64,000 nucleotides of DNA from Tindallia sp. MSAO_Bac2 (GCA_003838145.1 QYZZ01000078.1:25587-89586); one strand, 5' to 3'. Numbered from the stretch's first letter, positions 28,794 through 38,930 are shown. The notes: generated from the sequence alone by a model not told the origin. Program-made: numbers and translations.

Positions 28794-29543
28794 CTACAAA
28801 TTATCTCCGAATAACATGGACAGGTAATTAATGGAGAGGTGCTGCATATGTTTTTCGGGAGACCCATTGGATTGCATGGATTCCCGATCATTTGTCATTC
28901 TCAGTTCCTGCATTTCTTTATGAATTTTCTCCATTTTTTTATCCAGAGCTGAGATGGTGTCGGCAGCTTCTTTTAAGTCGTCACGAAGTTTCTGAGGGAC
29001 AGCCTTATCATATTTATAATATATTTTATGCTCCAGGCTTGCCCAAAAATCCATGGCGATGGTTCTGATCTGCAGTTCCACAAAAACCTTTTCCATTCGG
29101 TCCGACATAAATACCGGCACCTGAATAATCAGGTGGAGGCTTTGATAGCCGTTGGGCTTTGGTTTTTCAATGTAATCCTCATAATCTACAACCGTAATAT
29201 CCTTTTGCTGCATTAGCATGCCGGCTACCCGATAAATATCTGAAGTAAAGGAACAGACAATTCGAATTCCGGCAATGTCCCGGATGTTTTCCCGAATAGA
29301 ATCAATGGTCAGATCGTAATCCTTTCGCTGTGCTTTTTCCAGTATGCTTTGCGGACTTTTAAGCCGGGACTTGACGTGCTCAATGGGGTTATAGGAATGG
29401 ACGTACTGGAACTCCTGCTTCAATATATCGATTTTTGTACTGACCTCCTGCATCCCAAATTTATAGTACATCATGAACCGCGCTAAAGAATCACGAAAAG
29501 CTTTGAGTTGTTCTAAGTCTGGAGTTCTTGGATTATTTTCCAT
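28794..29543 (-). CDS. Small alarmone synthetase (RelP/YwaC-like GTP pyrophosphokinase)
   Basis: RLKSPQSI, DIAGIRIVC, GYQSLHLI, ELQIRTIAMDFWASLEH. Confidence 0.92.
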   Translation of the reverse strand: MENNPRTPDLEQLKAFRDSLARFMMYYKFGMQEVSTKIDILKQEFQYVHSYNPIEHVKSRLKSPQSILEKAQRKDYDLTIDSIRENIRDIAGIRIVCSFTSDIYRVAGMLMQQKDITVVDYEDYIEKPKPNGYQSLHLIIQVPVFMSDRMEKVFVELQIRTIAMDFWASLEHKIYYKYDKAVPQKLRDDLKEAADTISALDKKMEKIHKEMQELRMTNDRESMQSNGSPEKHMQHLSINYLSMLFGDNL

Positions 29544-29585
29544 ATCCTGGCTTTCTCCTCCCTGTTGATGTATAGATAAGGAAAT

Positions 29586-30284
29586 TTACCTTCTTCCCCG
29601 AATAATCAGCAACCGCAGAAGTTGAGCCATACCTGCGGCCATGGCGGCAACGTAGGTAAGAGCCGCCGCATTCAGCACTTTTTTGGCTCCTCCAGCCTCG
29701 CTGGCAGTAATAAAACCGTGAGTGTCCAGCAGCTGCATGGCCCGGTTACTGGCGTTAAACTCAACGGGAAGGGTAACTACCTGGAAGAGGACAGCAGTTG
29801 CAAAGAGTAGGATGCCTACGTCCAACAGGCTGGTAAATGCCGGCAACAGCAAACCGATTATGATAAAGAACCAGGCGGCAGAAGACCCGAATCGGGCAAC
29901 GGGAAATATTTTATTTCTCAAGGTAAGGGGTATATAACCCATGTCATGCTGAATTGCATGACCCACCTCGTGGGCGGCAACGCTGACAGCGGCGACGGAG
30001 CTTCCCCGGTATACATCCGGTGACAGCCGGAGTACCTGCTTGACCGGATCGTAATGGTCGCTCATCTGACCTGGAGTCACTTCAATAGGAATGTCATTGA
30101 GGCCATGTTCGTTCAACAGCATTCGTGCCACCTGGGCGCCGGTATAATTTTTTCTTGTCTGAACCCGCAAATATTTTGCAAAACTGGTTTTTACCTTTCC
30201 CTGTGCATAGAGGGTCAGTAATATGGCGGGGATCAGAATTAGCATGGTAGGGTCGAAAAAACCAAATCCATAGGGATACATCAT
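29586..30284 (-). CDS. YugP-like membrane zinc metallopeptidase
   Basis: SDHYDP, VAAHEVGHAIQH, TLPVEFNASNRA, AAALTYVAA. Confidence 0.92.
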   Translation of the reverse strand: MMYPYGFGFFDPTMLILIPAILLTLYAQGKVKTSFAKYLRVQTRKNYTGAQVARMLLNEHGLNDIPIEVTPGQMSDHYDPVKQVLRLSPDVYRGSSVAAVSVAAHEVGHAIQHDMGYIPLTLRNKIFPVARFGSSAAWFFIIIGLLLPAFTSLLDVGILLFATAVLFQVVTLPVEFNASNRAMQLLDTHGFITASEAGGAKKVLNAAALTYVAAMAAGMAQLLRLLIIRGRR

Positions 30285-30350
30285 AGTGATTCCTCCTCGT
30301 CTCAAAATAATATATGATCAATAGATACTTTTAATCCAGTGTAAGCCTTT

Positions 30351-30370
30351 AATATGAACTTATCATGAAC
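30351..30370 (-). promoter_or_regulatory. HssR-type direct repeat facing yugP-like gene
   Basis: Minus strand GTTCATGAT-AA-GTTCATATT. Confidence 0.65.
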
Positions 30371-30410
30371 TTCCCGTTATTTTGAAAATGATAGAGATTT
30401 CCAGCCGATA

Positions 30411-30430
30411 ATTCATATTTAGTTCACAGT
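30411..30430 (+). promoter_or_regulatory. HssR-type direct repeat facing the two-component operon
   Basis: ATTCATATT-TA-GTTCACAGT. Confidence 0.5.
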
Positions 30431-30526
30431 TGAAAGATATCTTATCATCTGAGATATTAACCTGAAGTAATAGATTAACCTTTTTCCCGAAAGATTTATG
30501 ATCTTTGCCTGACTTCCTTTGAACTT

Positions 30527-30561
30527 AATTCATAATCCATAATTCATCATTCATAATTCAA
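30527..30561. repeat. Heptamer tandem array (AATTCAT-like) x5
   Basis: AATTCAT AATCCAT AATTCAT CATTCAT AATTCAA. Confidence 0.8.
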
Positions 30562-30581
30562 TAATAGTTGGAGGGATAGAC

Positions 30582-31262
30582 ATGTTTCGTATTCTTGTGG
30601 TGGAAGACGATAAAAATCTGCAAAAACTGATGGAGGCGGTGCTGAAGCAAAATGGATATCAGGTACTGAGTGCTGCCAATGGAGAAGAAGCGCTGGGAAT
30701 GCTGGACCAACATCATGTTGATCTTATGATCAGTGATATAATGATGCCGGAAATGGATGGCTACGAGTTGACAGATTCCCTGCGCAAGGCAGATTACCAG
30801 CTTCCCATACTAATGGTGACGGCAAAAGAAAGTATGGAAGATAAAAAGAAAGGTTTTATGTCCGGAACGGACGATTATATGGTGAAGCCTATCGATATGG
30901 ATGAAATGCTCCTCAGGGTAGCGGCCTTATTACGACGGGCAAGAATTATGAATGAACATCGAATTACTGTGGGAAAAACGGTACTGGATTATGACACTTT
31001 AACCGTTACCCGAAACGGTCAGCAGGTAACGCTGCCCAACAAAGAATTCTCCTTGCTGTTTAAATTGCTGAGCTACCCACGCCAGATATTTACCAGGCAG
31101 CAGCTGATGGACGAAATCTGGGGGCTGGAAGCAGAAAGTGATGAACGAACGGTAGACGTACATATAAAGCGGTTACGGGAAAGATTTTCCGAGTGGCCGG
31201 ACTTTGAGATTGTTACCGTTCGGGGGTTAGGATATAAGGCGGAAAAACAGGAGACTATATAA
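30582..31262 (+). CDS. OmpR-family response regulator, HssR-like
   Basis: ISDIMMP, GTDDYMVKP, LPNKEFSLLFKLLSYPRQIFTR, DERTVDVHIKRLR, VRGLGY. Confidence 0.92.
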   Translation: MFRILVVEDDKNLQKLMEAVLKQNGYQVLSAANGEEALGMLDQHHVDLMISDIMMPEMDGYELTDSLRKADYQLPILMVTAKESMEDKKKGFMSGTDDYMVKPIDMDEMLLRVAALLRRARIMNEHRITVGKTVLDYDTLTVTRNGQQVTLPNKEFSLLFKLLSYPRQIFTRQQLMDEIWGLEAESDERTVDVHIKRLRERFSEWPDFEIVTVRGLGYKAEKQETI

Positions 31263-32575
31263 TGAAACGAATTTCGGTAAAACTGGCGATTGCCTTTATT
31301 TTTTTAATACTGATATCTTCACTGCTGTCTTTTATCACCTCTGCCGTTTTTATGCCCAGCCTGCACCATGAAATCAGGCAGAATCAGGAAGCCATTGGCA
31401 TTTTGATCCGGGATCTTTCTGAAAGAACGGATCTGTCGAATGAAGAAATTGCAGAGATTACCTCCTGGTTTACTTATGAAACCAGGATATTTGAACCGGA
31501 CGAAGTGTTAGAACTGGATGAGGAAGAACTGCAAAGAGTTCGGGACGGAGGTGTCGTGGAAAAGCCTGCAAGAAGGTTTAGGGGTATCAGCACTTATTTT
31601 CTTCTTGGCAATGACCTAATGAGAATTCAGCTGCAACCGGATCATACAGTCTGGAAAATGGCCGCATCCCGTATCTGGTTTTCTGGCATTTCTTTTGTCA
31701 TGATAGGTTCTATTTTAATCATTTTTGTTGTACGCCATGCAGTGAAGCCTATCATAAAACTGACGAATGCTACGCGGGAGATAGCTAACGGAAATTTTGA
31801 CGTGTCCATCGATCATCATAGCAAAGATGAAATCGGTCAGCTTACCAATCATTTCAACCAGATGGCTAATGAGTTGAAGCAAATGGAAACACTTAGAAAA
31901 GACTTTGTCAGCAATGTTTCCCATGAATTCAAGACGCCTATAGCGTCTATCCAGGGCTTTGCCCGTCTGTTGCAAAAAGATGATTTGCCGGAGGAAGACC
32001 GGAAGGAATATGCTCGCATTATTGTTGAAGAGTCAGGACGCCTTTCTCACCTGACCAGTAACATGCTAAAACTGTCAAAACTGGAAAACCAGGAAATTAT
32101 TCAAAAATATGAGCGTTTTTATCTGGATGAACAAATCCGAAAATCCATTTTATTGTTGGAACCGGAATGGGAAAAAAAAGAAATTAAATGGGATATTGAG
32201 CTGGACAGGGCCATGATCTGTGGTGATGAAGAGTTACTGCAGCAGGTCTGGATTAATTTGATCGGTAACGCCATTAAGTTCTCCGAAGATGGAGGAAGGA
32301 TACTTGTTGAACTCCAGCATCCGCTGGATGGTGTGCAAATAAAAGTTAGGGACAGTGGAAAAGGAATGTCCCGGGAAACCAAAGAACGGGTTTTTGAAAA
32401 GTTTTACCAGGGTGAAGAAGCCCACGGCATTGAAGGCAGTGGGCTTGGGCTTTCATTGGTTAAAAGGATTGTGGAACTCCACGGAGGGGAAGTGGAAGTG
32501 GATAGTGAGCCGGAAAAAGGCTCCGAATTCACGGTGTTGCTGCCGGTGAATGAATCCATTACGGACCAAAAATAA
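31262..32575 (+). CDS. HAMP sensor histidine kinase, HssS-like
   Basis: Two TM, HAMP, SNVSHEFKTPIASI, NAIKF, EKFYQ, GSGLGL. Confidence 0.93.
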   Translation: MKRISVKLAIAFIFLILISSLLSFITSAVFMPSLHHEIRQNQEAIGILIRDLSERTDLSNEEIAEITSWFTYETRIFEPDEVLELDEEELQRVRDGGVVEKPARRFRGISTYFLLGNDLMRIQLQPDHTVWKMAASRIWFSGISFVMIGSILIIFVVRHAVKPIIKLTNATREIANGNFDVSIDHHSKDEIGQLTNHFNQMANELKQMETLRKDFVSNVSHEFKTPIASIQGFARLLQKDDLPEEDRKEYARIIVEESGRLSHLTSNMLKLSKLENQEIIQKYERFYLDEQIRKSILLLEPEWEKKEIKWDIELDRAMICGDEELLQQVWINLIGNAIKFSEDGGRILVELQHPLDGVQIKVRDSGKGMSRETKERVFEKFYQGEEAHGIEGSGLGLSLVKRIVELHGGEVEVDSEPEKGSEFTVLLPVNESITDQK

Positions 32576-33050
32576 GGTTGGCCAGGAATCCGGCTACCGT
32601 TGGAAACAGAATGTAGATACTGTATTTCAGCATGATGAAGCGGGGACCTAAAAAAGCGGCCTCATAGGGCAGGTGGCCAACGTTAATCATTCCCCAGGCG
32701 GTAATCATGGCGACGGCAGTTCCGGTGGTTACAGAGTCCCGGAACACAGAGTCGAAAAGAGGGAAAAAAGCAAAGGGGCCGCCCTGAACCAAAGCTCCGA
32801 TGGCCGGGCCGATAAACAGACCTTTCCAGCCGGCTTCTTCTCCCAACCAGCTTTGCAGCACTTCTTTGGGCAGCAGCAGATTTAAATAGCCTACCAGAAT
32901 AAAGGCAAGAAGCAGCAGGGGGAGGATATTTAAAAACATGCGAAAACCACCCCGCAGTCCTTCAACATGCAAACCCTTACGAAAGGCCAGGATTAAAAGC
33001 AGCGCTGCCATACCGGATAAAACCACTAAAGTATCAGTCAATGGAATCAC
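32559..33050 (-). CDS. Permease half (DUF318-related)
   Basis: Hydrophobic; QSWLGEEAGWKG..GGPFAFFP. Confidence 0.7.
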   Translation of the reverse strand: MIPLTDTLVVLSGMAALLLILAFRKGLHVEGLRGGFRMFLNILPLLLLAFILVGYLNLLLPKEVLQSWLGEEAGWKGLFIGPAIGALVQGGPFAFFPLFDSVFRDSVTTGTAVAMITAWGMINVGHLPYEAAFLGPRFIMLKYSIYILFPTVAGFLANLIFGP

Positions 33051-33603
33051 CCCGATTCCTTGACTGTTTTTTTTGTTGAAGAAGTTGAATGTCCTGCTTT
33101 ATTTTTTCCGCCAGATTCGGAAAAAAAACATTGACAAAGGTTCCTGCCAGCACAGGGAAAGGCACGGTGACAAGAAAACGGATAACTGTAAGCTCCACTC
33201 CAACAAAGGCAATTTCAATGGGGAGTCTTGCTACGTTCCATAAAGTTTTGGCAGCAACAAAGCTGATCATGGTGCCAACACTGGCGCCGGACATAATGAG
33301 CGTAGCCATGAGAGGATAAAAAAAGAAAGGCCCGCCTGGAACCATGGCACCAATGACGGTTCCGTAAAAAGGTCCTTTCCAGCCGGCTTCTGATCCCAGC
33401 CATTTAGAGACGGAATCTTTGTTGATGAGAACAGATACCAGACCGGCCACGGCAAAAGCTGCAATGAGAATGGGAAAAATACCAACCAGGGTTTTCATTC
33501 CAAGGAATATTCCTTCAGCCACCATGGATAATCCGCCCTGGATATAAGCGATGACGGCCATGGTGAATGCAACTGAAGCCATCCCGATAACGGTTTTATT
33601 CAC
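33034..33603 (-). CDS. Permease half (DUF318-related)
   Basis: SKWLGSEAGWKG..PGGPFFFYP, paralogous to neighbour; GTG start after AGGAGG. Confidence 0.7.
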   Translation of the reverse strand: MNKTVIGMASVAFTMAVIAYIQGGLSMVAEGIFLGMKTLVGIFPILIAAFAVAGLVSVLINKDSVSKWLGSEAGWKGPFYGTVIGAMVPGGPFFFYPLMATLIMSGASVGTMISFVAAKTLWNVARLPIEIAFVGVELTVIRFLVTVPFPVLAGTFVNVFFPNLAEKIKQDIQLLQQKKQSRNRGDSID

Positions 33604-33784
33604 TTTAAGCGCCTCCTGAACTGTCAGATACATGACCCACCCATTTTGTGTGGGTCATATCCAAGATTCCAGTATAATCCTACCCATTTTGTGTGTGTTT
33701 AAATATGATTGATTGTGCTATGTTTATGATTAAACGGAATAGAAAACTTATATCTCGTTGTGTAAAGTGAATAGGAGGGGAACT

Positions 33785-34531
33785 ATGAGTGCAGAATGGT
33801 ACCTGGCAAAAAATGGACAGTCTTATGGTCCTTATACATGGGAGCAAATGCTTCAGTACGTGGCAGAAAAAAGAATTACTTCTCAGGACTATGTGCGAAG
33901 TCAACAAATGAATGAATGGAAAATAGCCTCTGAAATACCAGGTTTGATAAGAGGCACTGCAGGTTTTGGTGGAAAAGCAACACCGGGGGCTGCCTCCCTT
34001 GGCGTTCGGCAGTCCGCAGACGGACTTGGAGCAAGCCCGACTGGCTGGGATGCAGCCCGGGGAGATGGAGGAAATCGGGAAATACGAATCTCGGGAGGGT
34101 TGGAATATGTCGGACTGGGGCCGAGAATAATAGCACAGCTAATAGATTCGGTCATTTTCCTGGTTTTAGGAGGGATTGTTATGTACATCTCTTTTCAGCG
34201 AATGATCGCCAGCTATCAATATGGAATGCAGCCCAGCTTTCCCTTTATGACTTACTTTCTATTGATGGTGGCTGGCGTTTTGTATTATGTGCTGATGGAA
34301 GGACTTGTGGGAGCGACGCTGGGAAAAATGGCCATGGGTATTCAGGTCAGAAAACTAGATGGAAGTCTTTGTGGAATAGGCCCTGCTGCGGTCAGAAATG
34401 TGCTGCGTATTGTGGATGCATTACCAACCCTTTACATTGTAGGGATTATTTTGATCTCTAACTCTCCCATGAATCAAAGGCTGGGAGACAGAGTAGCGAA
34501 TACGGTGGTAGTGAAAAAAGACAGTATTTAG
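33785..34531 (+). CDS. RDD family protein with N-terminal GYF_2-like domain
   Basis: WYLAKNGQSYGPY..WKIA; RIIAQLID, TLGKMAMGIQV, QRLGDRVANTVVV. Confidence 0.85.
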   Translation: MSAEWYLAKNGQSYGPYTWEQMLQYVAEKRITSQDYVRSQQMNEWKIASEIPGLIRGTAGFGGKATPGAASLGVRQSADGLGASPTGWDAARGDGGNREIRISGGLEYVGLGPRIIAQLIDSVIFLVLGGIVMYISFQRMIASYQYGMQPSFPFMTYFLLMVAGVLYYVLMEGLVGATLGKMAMGIQVRKLDGSLCGIGPAAVRNVLRIVDALPTLYIVGIILISNSPMNQRLGDRVANTVVVKKDSI

Positions 34532-34607
34532 CAATTAATGAAAAAACGATGTAATTTGTTGATTGAAAACGTAAAAGGGTAATTAGTCTGTGAGGAGGGA
34601 ATATCTC

Positions 34608-36437
34608 ATGGACAAAAGAAATCAACAGATTATGACAGGTAATCAGGCAGTAGCCCGGGGGTTTTATGAAGCCGGAGGTCTGGTGGCGGCCAGCTATCCC
34701 GGATCCCCGACGGTGGAAATACTGGAATCCGCCCAACAGTACCCGGAAGTGGATGCTCAGTTTTCCACAAATGAAAAAGTGGCTCTGGAAACAGCAATTG
34801 GTGCTTCTTTTGCCGGAGTCAGAGCTCTTGCCAGTATGAAACATGTAGGGGTGAACATTGCGGCAGACCCGCTGATGACCTTTACACAAACACCGGTTAG
34901 GGGTGGTTTTGTGCTGGTTTCCGGAGATGATCCGGGTATGCACAGTTCGCAGAATGAGCAGGACAACCGAAATTTGGCAAAATTCGCCAATATGGCTGTG
35001 TTGGTACCGGGGGACAGCCAGGAGGCAAAGGACTACACGAAAACGGCGCTTGAAATAAGTGAAAAATATGCTATGCCGGTGATGCTTCAAATCACCAGTC
35101 GAATCTGCCATAGTCGATGCCTGGTGGAAACCAGCGAAAGAGAGGAAGCTATCCAGGATGAATTTCCGCGGAATGTGCCATCTTATGCCATGATTCCGCC
35201 CAATACCTTTGACAAACAATATGCCATGAAAGAACGACTGGAAAAACTGTCTTCCCACAATGATGCTATCCGGATGAACGCTCTGAAAGAGGAGGATGGA
35301 GCCGATACGCTTATTGTTACAACGGGCTTAACTTACTACAATTTTAAAGAGGTGGAAGAAAAGATAAAGCCAGTCAGCATACTGAAGCTTGGTATGGTAT
35401 ATCCATTGCCGGAACAATGGCTTAAGGGTCTGGCGGATAAATACAAAAATGTGCTGGTTATTGAGGAAATGACTCCTTTTATTGAAAACGAACTGAAACT
35501 GATGGGCATCACCTGCAAAGGGAAAGAGTATTTTTCCTTCACCGGTGAACTTCAAAGCGAAGATATTTTAGAAGGTCTTCGCGAGGCAGGGCTGACAAAG
35601 GAAGAATTCGCTGTACGCAGCTCAGATGATAAAACGGAAAAACATGTGACACCAAGACCCCCTTTGTTTTGTCCCGGGTGTCCGCATCGGCCGGTATTTG
35701 ATATACTGAAAAAAAGCAAGGTGATGGTTAATAACGATATCGGCTGTTATTCCATGGGACTGTTTCCGCCTTTTGAAGCTGCTCATTCCCTGATCAGCAT
35801 GGGAGCCACCCTTGGCATTTCCACCGGTATGCTAAAAGCTAACCGAAAGGCAGGAAGGAACACACCATTGGTGTCGGTCATTGGAGACGGAACATTCTTT
35901 CACTCAGGAATGCCGGGAATGGTGAATCTAATCAATACCCTGCATCCGGAAGATAATTTGACGATCCTGTTACTGGATAACGGAACCACTGCCATGACAG
36001 GAGGGCAAAAAAATGCCTCCACCGGAAAAAGGCTTTCGGAAGAGGAAAAGCATGTGGATATACCCCAATTGGTAAAGGCTATGGGAATTGAAGATGTGCA
36101 GGTGCTGGATCAGTTCCGGTATAAGGAAACCAGTGAAGTCGTTAAAAAAGCCATCAAGACACCTGGCCTTTCAGTACTGGTGATGAGTCGACCATGTGCC
36201 CTGCACTTTAAAATTAAGGAACCGGTATTTCAGGTAGATCCGGATGTGTGCATCGCCTGCCGGACGTGTATCAGAACCAACTGCCCGCCCCTTAGAATGA
36301 AAGAATACGAAGGTCAGGAGAAGTTAAAATCTTCTATTGATCCTTCCATGTGTGTGGGATGCTCCATTTGTGCTCAAGTATGCCCGGTGGATGCCATCAA
36401 GCGACCTGAAGGAGGTAAGCGGAATGAAAACGATTAA
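34608..36437 (+). CDS. iorA: Indolepyruvate:ferredoxin oxidoreductase alpha
   Basis: GNQAVARG, YPGSPT, NEKVALE, MKHVGVN, CPGCPH, GDGTFFHSG TPP motif, two C-terminal 4Fe-4S motifs. Confidence 0.95.
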   Translation: MDKRNQQIMTGNQAVARGFYEAGGLVAASYPGSPTVEILESAQQYPEVDAQFSTNEKVALETAIGASFAGVRALASMKHVGVNIAADPLMTFTQTPVRGGFVLVSGDDPGMHSSQNEQDNRNLAKFANMAVLVPGDSQEAKDYTKTALEISEKYAMPVMLQITSRICHSRCLVETSEREEAIQDEFPRNVPSYAMIPPNTFDKQYAMKERLEKLSSHNDAIRMNALKEEDGADTLIVTTGLTYYNFKEVEEKIKPVSILKLGMVYPLPEQWLKGLADKYKNVLVIEEMTPFIENELKLMGITCKGKEYFSFTGELQSEDILEGLREAGLTKEEFAVRSSDDKTEKHVTPRPPLFCPGCPHRPVFDILKKSKVMVNNDIGCYSMGLFPPFEAAHSLISMGATLGISTGMLKANRKAGRNTPLVSVIGDGTFFHSGMPGMVNLINTLHPEDNLTILLLDNGTTAMTGGQKNASTGKRLSEEEKHVDIPQLVKAMGIEDVQVLDQFRYKETSEVVKKAIKTPGLSVLVMSRPCALHFKIKEPVFQVDPDVCIACRTCIRTNCPPLRMKEYEGQEKLKSSIDPSMCVGCSICAQVCPVDAIKRPEGGKRNEND

Positions 36438-37014
36438 TGTAATGATTGCCGGCATTGGCGGCCAGGGGCTGGTAATGACGACGGAATTCATCTGTCAGGC
36501 TGCTTTTCTGGAAGGTTATGATATAAAAAGCAATGATGTTATTGGTTTGGCTCAACGAGGTGGTCGGGTGTGGGGATCTGTCAGGATTGGAGAAAAGATC
36601 CAATCACCTAACATTCCGGAAGGCGAGGGAGACCTGCTATTGGGCATTGAACCCATGGAAGCCCTCCGATGGCAGGAAAGTATGAAATCGGAGGCGAAAA
36701 TGGTACTGAACCGACATTTGGTGTACCCTACTAATGTTCAGCAGGAACAGGAAGCCTATCCTCAGGATGAAATTCAGCACATGCTGGAAAGCTTTGACAG
36801 CCTGGAACTGGATGCACTGATGGAAGCCAGGAAATGCGGCAACGAAAAAGCTGCTAATACGCTGATGGTGGGATGCGTGTCTCATTTTCTTCCTATAAGT
36901 GAAGAAAGCTGGATGGAAGCCATCAGACGCACTTACCCGGAAAAAGTACGGGAGGTTAATGAGAAAGCCTGGAAAAAAGGACGTGATCTGGCGAAAGAAG
37001 CAGAATTTATTTAA
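36424..37014 (+). CDS. iorB: Indolepyruvate:ferredoxin oxidoreductase beta
   Basis: GIGGQG, GLAQRGGRVWGSVRIG, EPMEALR. Confidence 0.93.
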   Translation: MKTINVMIAGIGGQGLVMTTEFICQAAFLEGYDIKSNDVIGLAQRGGRVWGSVRIGEKIQSPNIPEGEGDLLLGIEPMEALRWQESMKSEAKMVLNRHLVYPTNVQQEQEAYPQDEIQHMLESFDSLELDALMEARKCGNEKAANTLMVGCVSHFLPISEESWMEAIRRTYPEKVREVNEKAWKKGRDLAKEAEFI

Positions 37015-37073
37015 ATCAAAAAGTTGTTTTTTTCGCATTGGTGTGTTATAATGCCTTGATGTGAGAAAATCAT

Positions 37074-37120
37074 TTCTCTGCCCTGTTAAAACAGGGCCGT
37101 TTTTAGTCCAGAGGGAGGTG
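37074..37120 (+). ncRNA. Ribosomal S6:S18 leader RNA
   Basis: CTCTGCCCTG-TTAAAA-CAGGG-CCG..CAGAGGGAG structure sequestering RBS directly upstream of rpsF; TATAAT at 37047. Confidence 0.7.
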
Positions 37121-37126
37121 AAAAAA

Positions 37127-37414
37127 ATGAATAAGTACGAATTAATGTACGTGCTGAAACCCGCTACGGAAGAGGCGGAAAGAGAAACGTTGCTGGAAAA
37201 ATACAAGGGCATTATTGAAGGAGAAGGCGGTCAGGTGGACAACATTGAAGAATGGGGTCTGCGTAAACTTGCTTACGAAATTCAGAAAGAAACAGAAGGT
37301 TTCTATATGCTCATGCAATTTCAGTCTGACGTTGACGTTCCGACAGAGCTGGATCGAAACATGAAGATCGCAGATGCTGTTATCCGCCACATGATCACCA
37401 GAATCGAAGAGTAG
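37127..37414 (+). CDS. rpsF: 30S ribosomal protein S6
   Basis: MNKYELMYVLKP, WGLRKLAYEI, VIRHMI. Confidence 0.97.
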   Translation: MNKYELMYVLKPATEEAERETLLEKYKGIIEGEGGQVDNIEEWGLRKLAYEIQKETEGFYMLMQFQSDVDVPTELDRNMKIADAVIRHMITRIEE

Positions 37415-37426
37415 GGGGTTTTTTGC

Positions 37427-37867
37427 ATGAATTCAGTAATACTAATCGGAAGACTAACCAAAGATCCTGAACTGAGATACACCAACACAGGGAAGGCAGT
37501 AGCCAACTTTACCGTAGCCATCAACCGTAGCTTTGGAAAAGACAGCGAAGCTGACTTTATTCCTGTGGTGGTATGGGAAAAACAGGCGGAAAACTGTGCC
37601 AACTACCTGAGTAAAGGAAGCCAGGTTGGGGTGCAGGGGCGTATTCAGGTCAGAACCTATGAAGCGAAAGACGGTGGAACCCGTTATGTGACAGAAGTGG
37701 TGGGCAATAATGTTGAATTTCTTAGTGGAGGAAGCTCCTCTGGAAGTTCTGCGCAAACACCTCAACGTTCCGGTAGTTCCTCAGCTCCTGCGGATTTCAA
37801 TCCGGAGGAAGAGATTAATGTGGATGATTTTAAAGCAATGGATGATGACGAAGACTTACCGTTTTAA
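37427..37867 (+). CDS. ssb: Single-stranded DNA-binding protein
   Basis: [22 protein letters not shown], acidic tail DDEDLPF. Confidence 0.97.
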   Translation: MNSVILIGRLTKDPELRYTNTGKAVANFTVAINRSFGKDSEADFIPVVVWEKQAENCANYLSKGSQVGVQGRIQVRTYEAKDGGTRYVTEVVGNNVEFLSGGSSSGSSAQTPQRSGSSSAPADFNPEEEINVDDFKAMDDDEDLPF

Positions 37868-37933
37868 TAGCTTAACAAGTTTAACAGTTTAATGGAAAAA
37901 AGGAATATTTTGTATAAAGGAGGGATTACCCTT

Positions 37934-38164
37934 ATGATGAACCGTAAAAAAAGAAGAGGCAAAAAGAAAATTTGTACTTTTTGCGCCGATAAAAAAGCGA
38001 CGATCAACTACAAGGATATTGGACGACTTAAAAAATATCTTACTGAAAGAGGTAAAATTTTACCTCGCAGAATCAGTGGAAACTGCGCTATTCACCAGCG
38101 AGATGTTACTCAGGCCATCAAACGTTCCCGATTCATGGCGTTGCTGCCATACATCGTGGACTAA
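37934..38164 (+). CDS. rpsR: 30S ribosomal protein S18 (Zn-binding form)
   Basis: [23 protein letters not shown]. Confidence 0.97.
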   Translation: MMNRKKRRGKKKICTFCADKKATINYKDIGRLKKYLTERGKILPRRISGNCAIHQRDVTQAIKRSRFMALLPYIVD

Positions 38165-38239
38165 TTAGTGAATATAACGTATATAGCAACATGATAATTT
38201 CATAAAGCGAAAATCAAGTTTGAAAGGAGTGAGAACACT

Positions 38240-38884
38240 ATGGCAGTCCCACAACTGACATTGGTTCCCCGAGAAACCATACAGGATAAAAATGTAAAAG
38301 CCGCTCGTAAGGAAGGGAATATTCCGGCGGTTGTTTACTCCAAAGGCAAACCAACCAAAGAGGTGTTTGCTGACGAGAAAGAAATAATGCGACTCTTGAA
38401 TGAGTTCGGAAGCAATCGAAAAATTACACTTAATTTAGGTGGCGAAAAAACCTTCGCTATCATCAAAGAGATCCAGAAGGACTATATGAAGAACCAGCTC
38501 ATTCATTTGGATCTGCAGTCTCTTGATGAGAATGTTAAACTGACTATGACAATGAACATTCATATTCTTAACCGGGACTCAGTGGAGCAGGGTGACTATG
38601 TGCTTCAGGTACAGGCAAATGAAGTAGAGCTTGAGATGTTCCCGCGGCATATGCCGGAAAGTGTTGAGGTTGACGCAGCTCTGCTGAAAGATCAGGACAA
38701 CCTGACTATGGCAGATCTGAACATTGCCAGCGATGAAAACATCGAAATACTGGATGATATGGAAACAGTTATTGCAACCCTGTCCTACATTCAGGAAATC
38801 TCAGAAGAAGAAGAAACAGATGAAGAAGTGGATGCAGCAGATGTTCCGACGGTTGATGAAACCGAAGAGGACGAAGAAGAATAA
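38240..38884 (+). CDS. rplY: 50S ribosomal protein L25/CTC
   Basis: ARKEGNIPAVVYSKG, IHLDLQ, acidic C-tail. Confidence 0.9.
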   Translation: MAVPQLTLVPRETIQDKNVKAARKEGNIPAVVYSKGKPTKEVFADEKEIMRLLNEFGSNRKITLNLGGEKTFAIIKEIQKDYMKNQLIHLDLQSLDENVKLTMTMNIHILNRDSVEQGDYVLQVQANEVELEMFPRHMPESVEVDAALLKDQDNLTMADLNIASDENIEILDDMETVIATLSYIQEISEEEETDEEVDAADVPTVDETEEDEEE

Positions 38885-38897
38885 TTTTCTGTTTAAA

Positions 38898-38930
38898 GGA
38901 TCTGAAATTGATAACAACAATTTCAGATCC
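38898..38930 (+). terminator. Intrinsic terminator
   Basis: GGATCTGAAATTG/CAATTTCAGATCC. Confidence 0.75.

Noticed and set aside
34458-35258. Long antisense ORFs (e.g. 34458-35258, 5207-5866, 27605-28198, 11371-11952)
   Set aside because: Lie opposite well-supported genes and show no motifs
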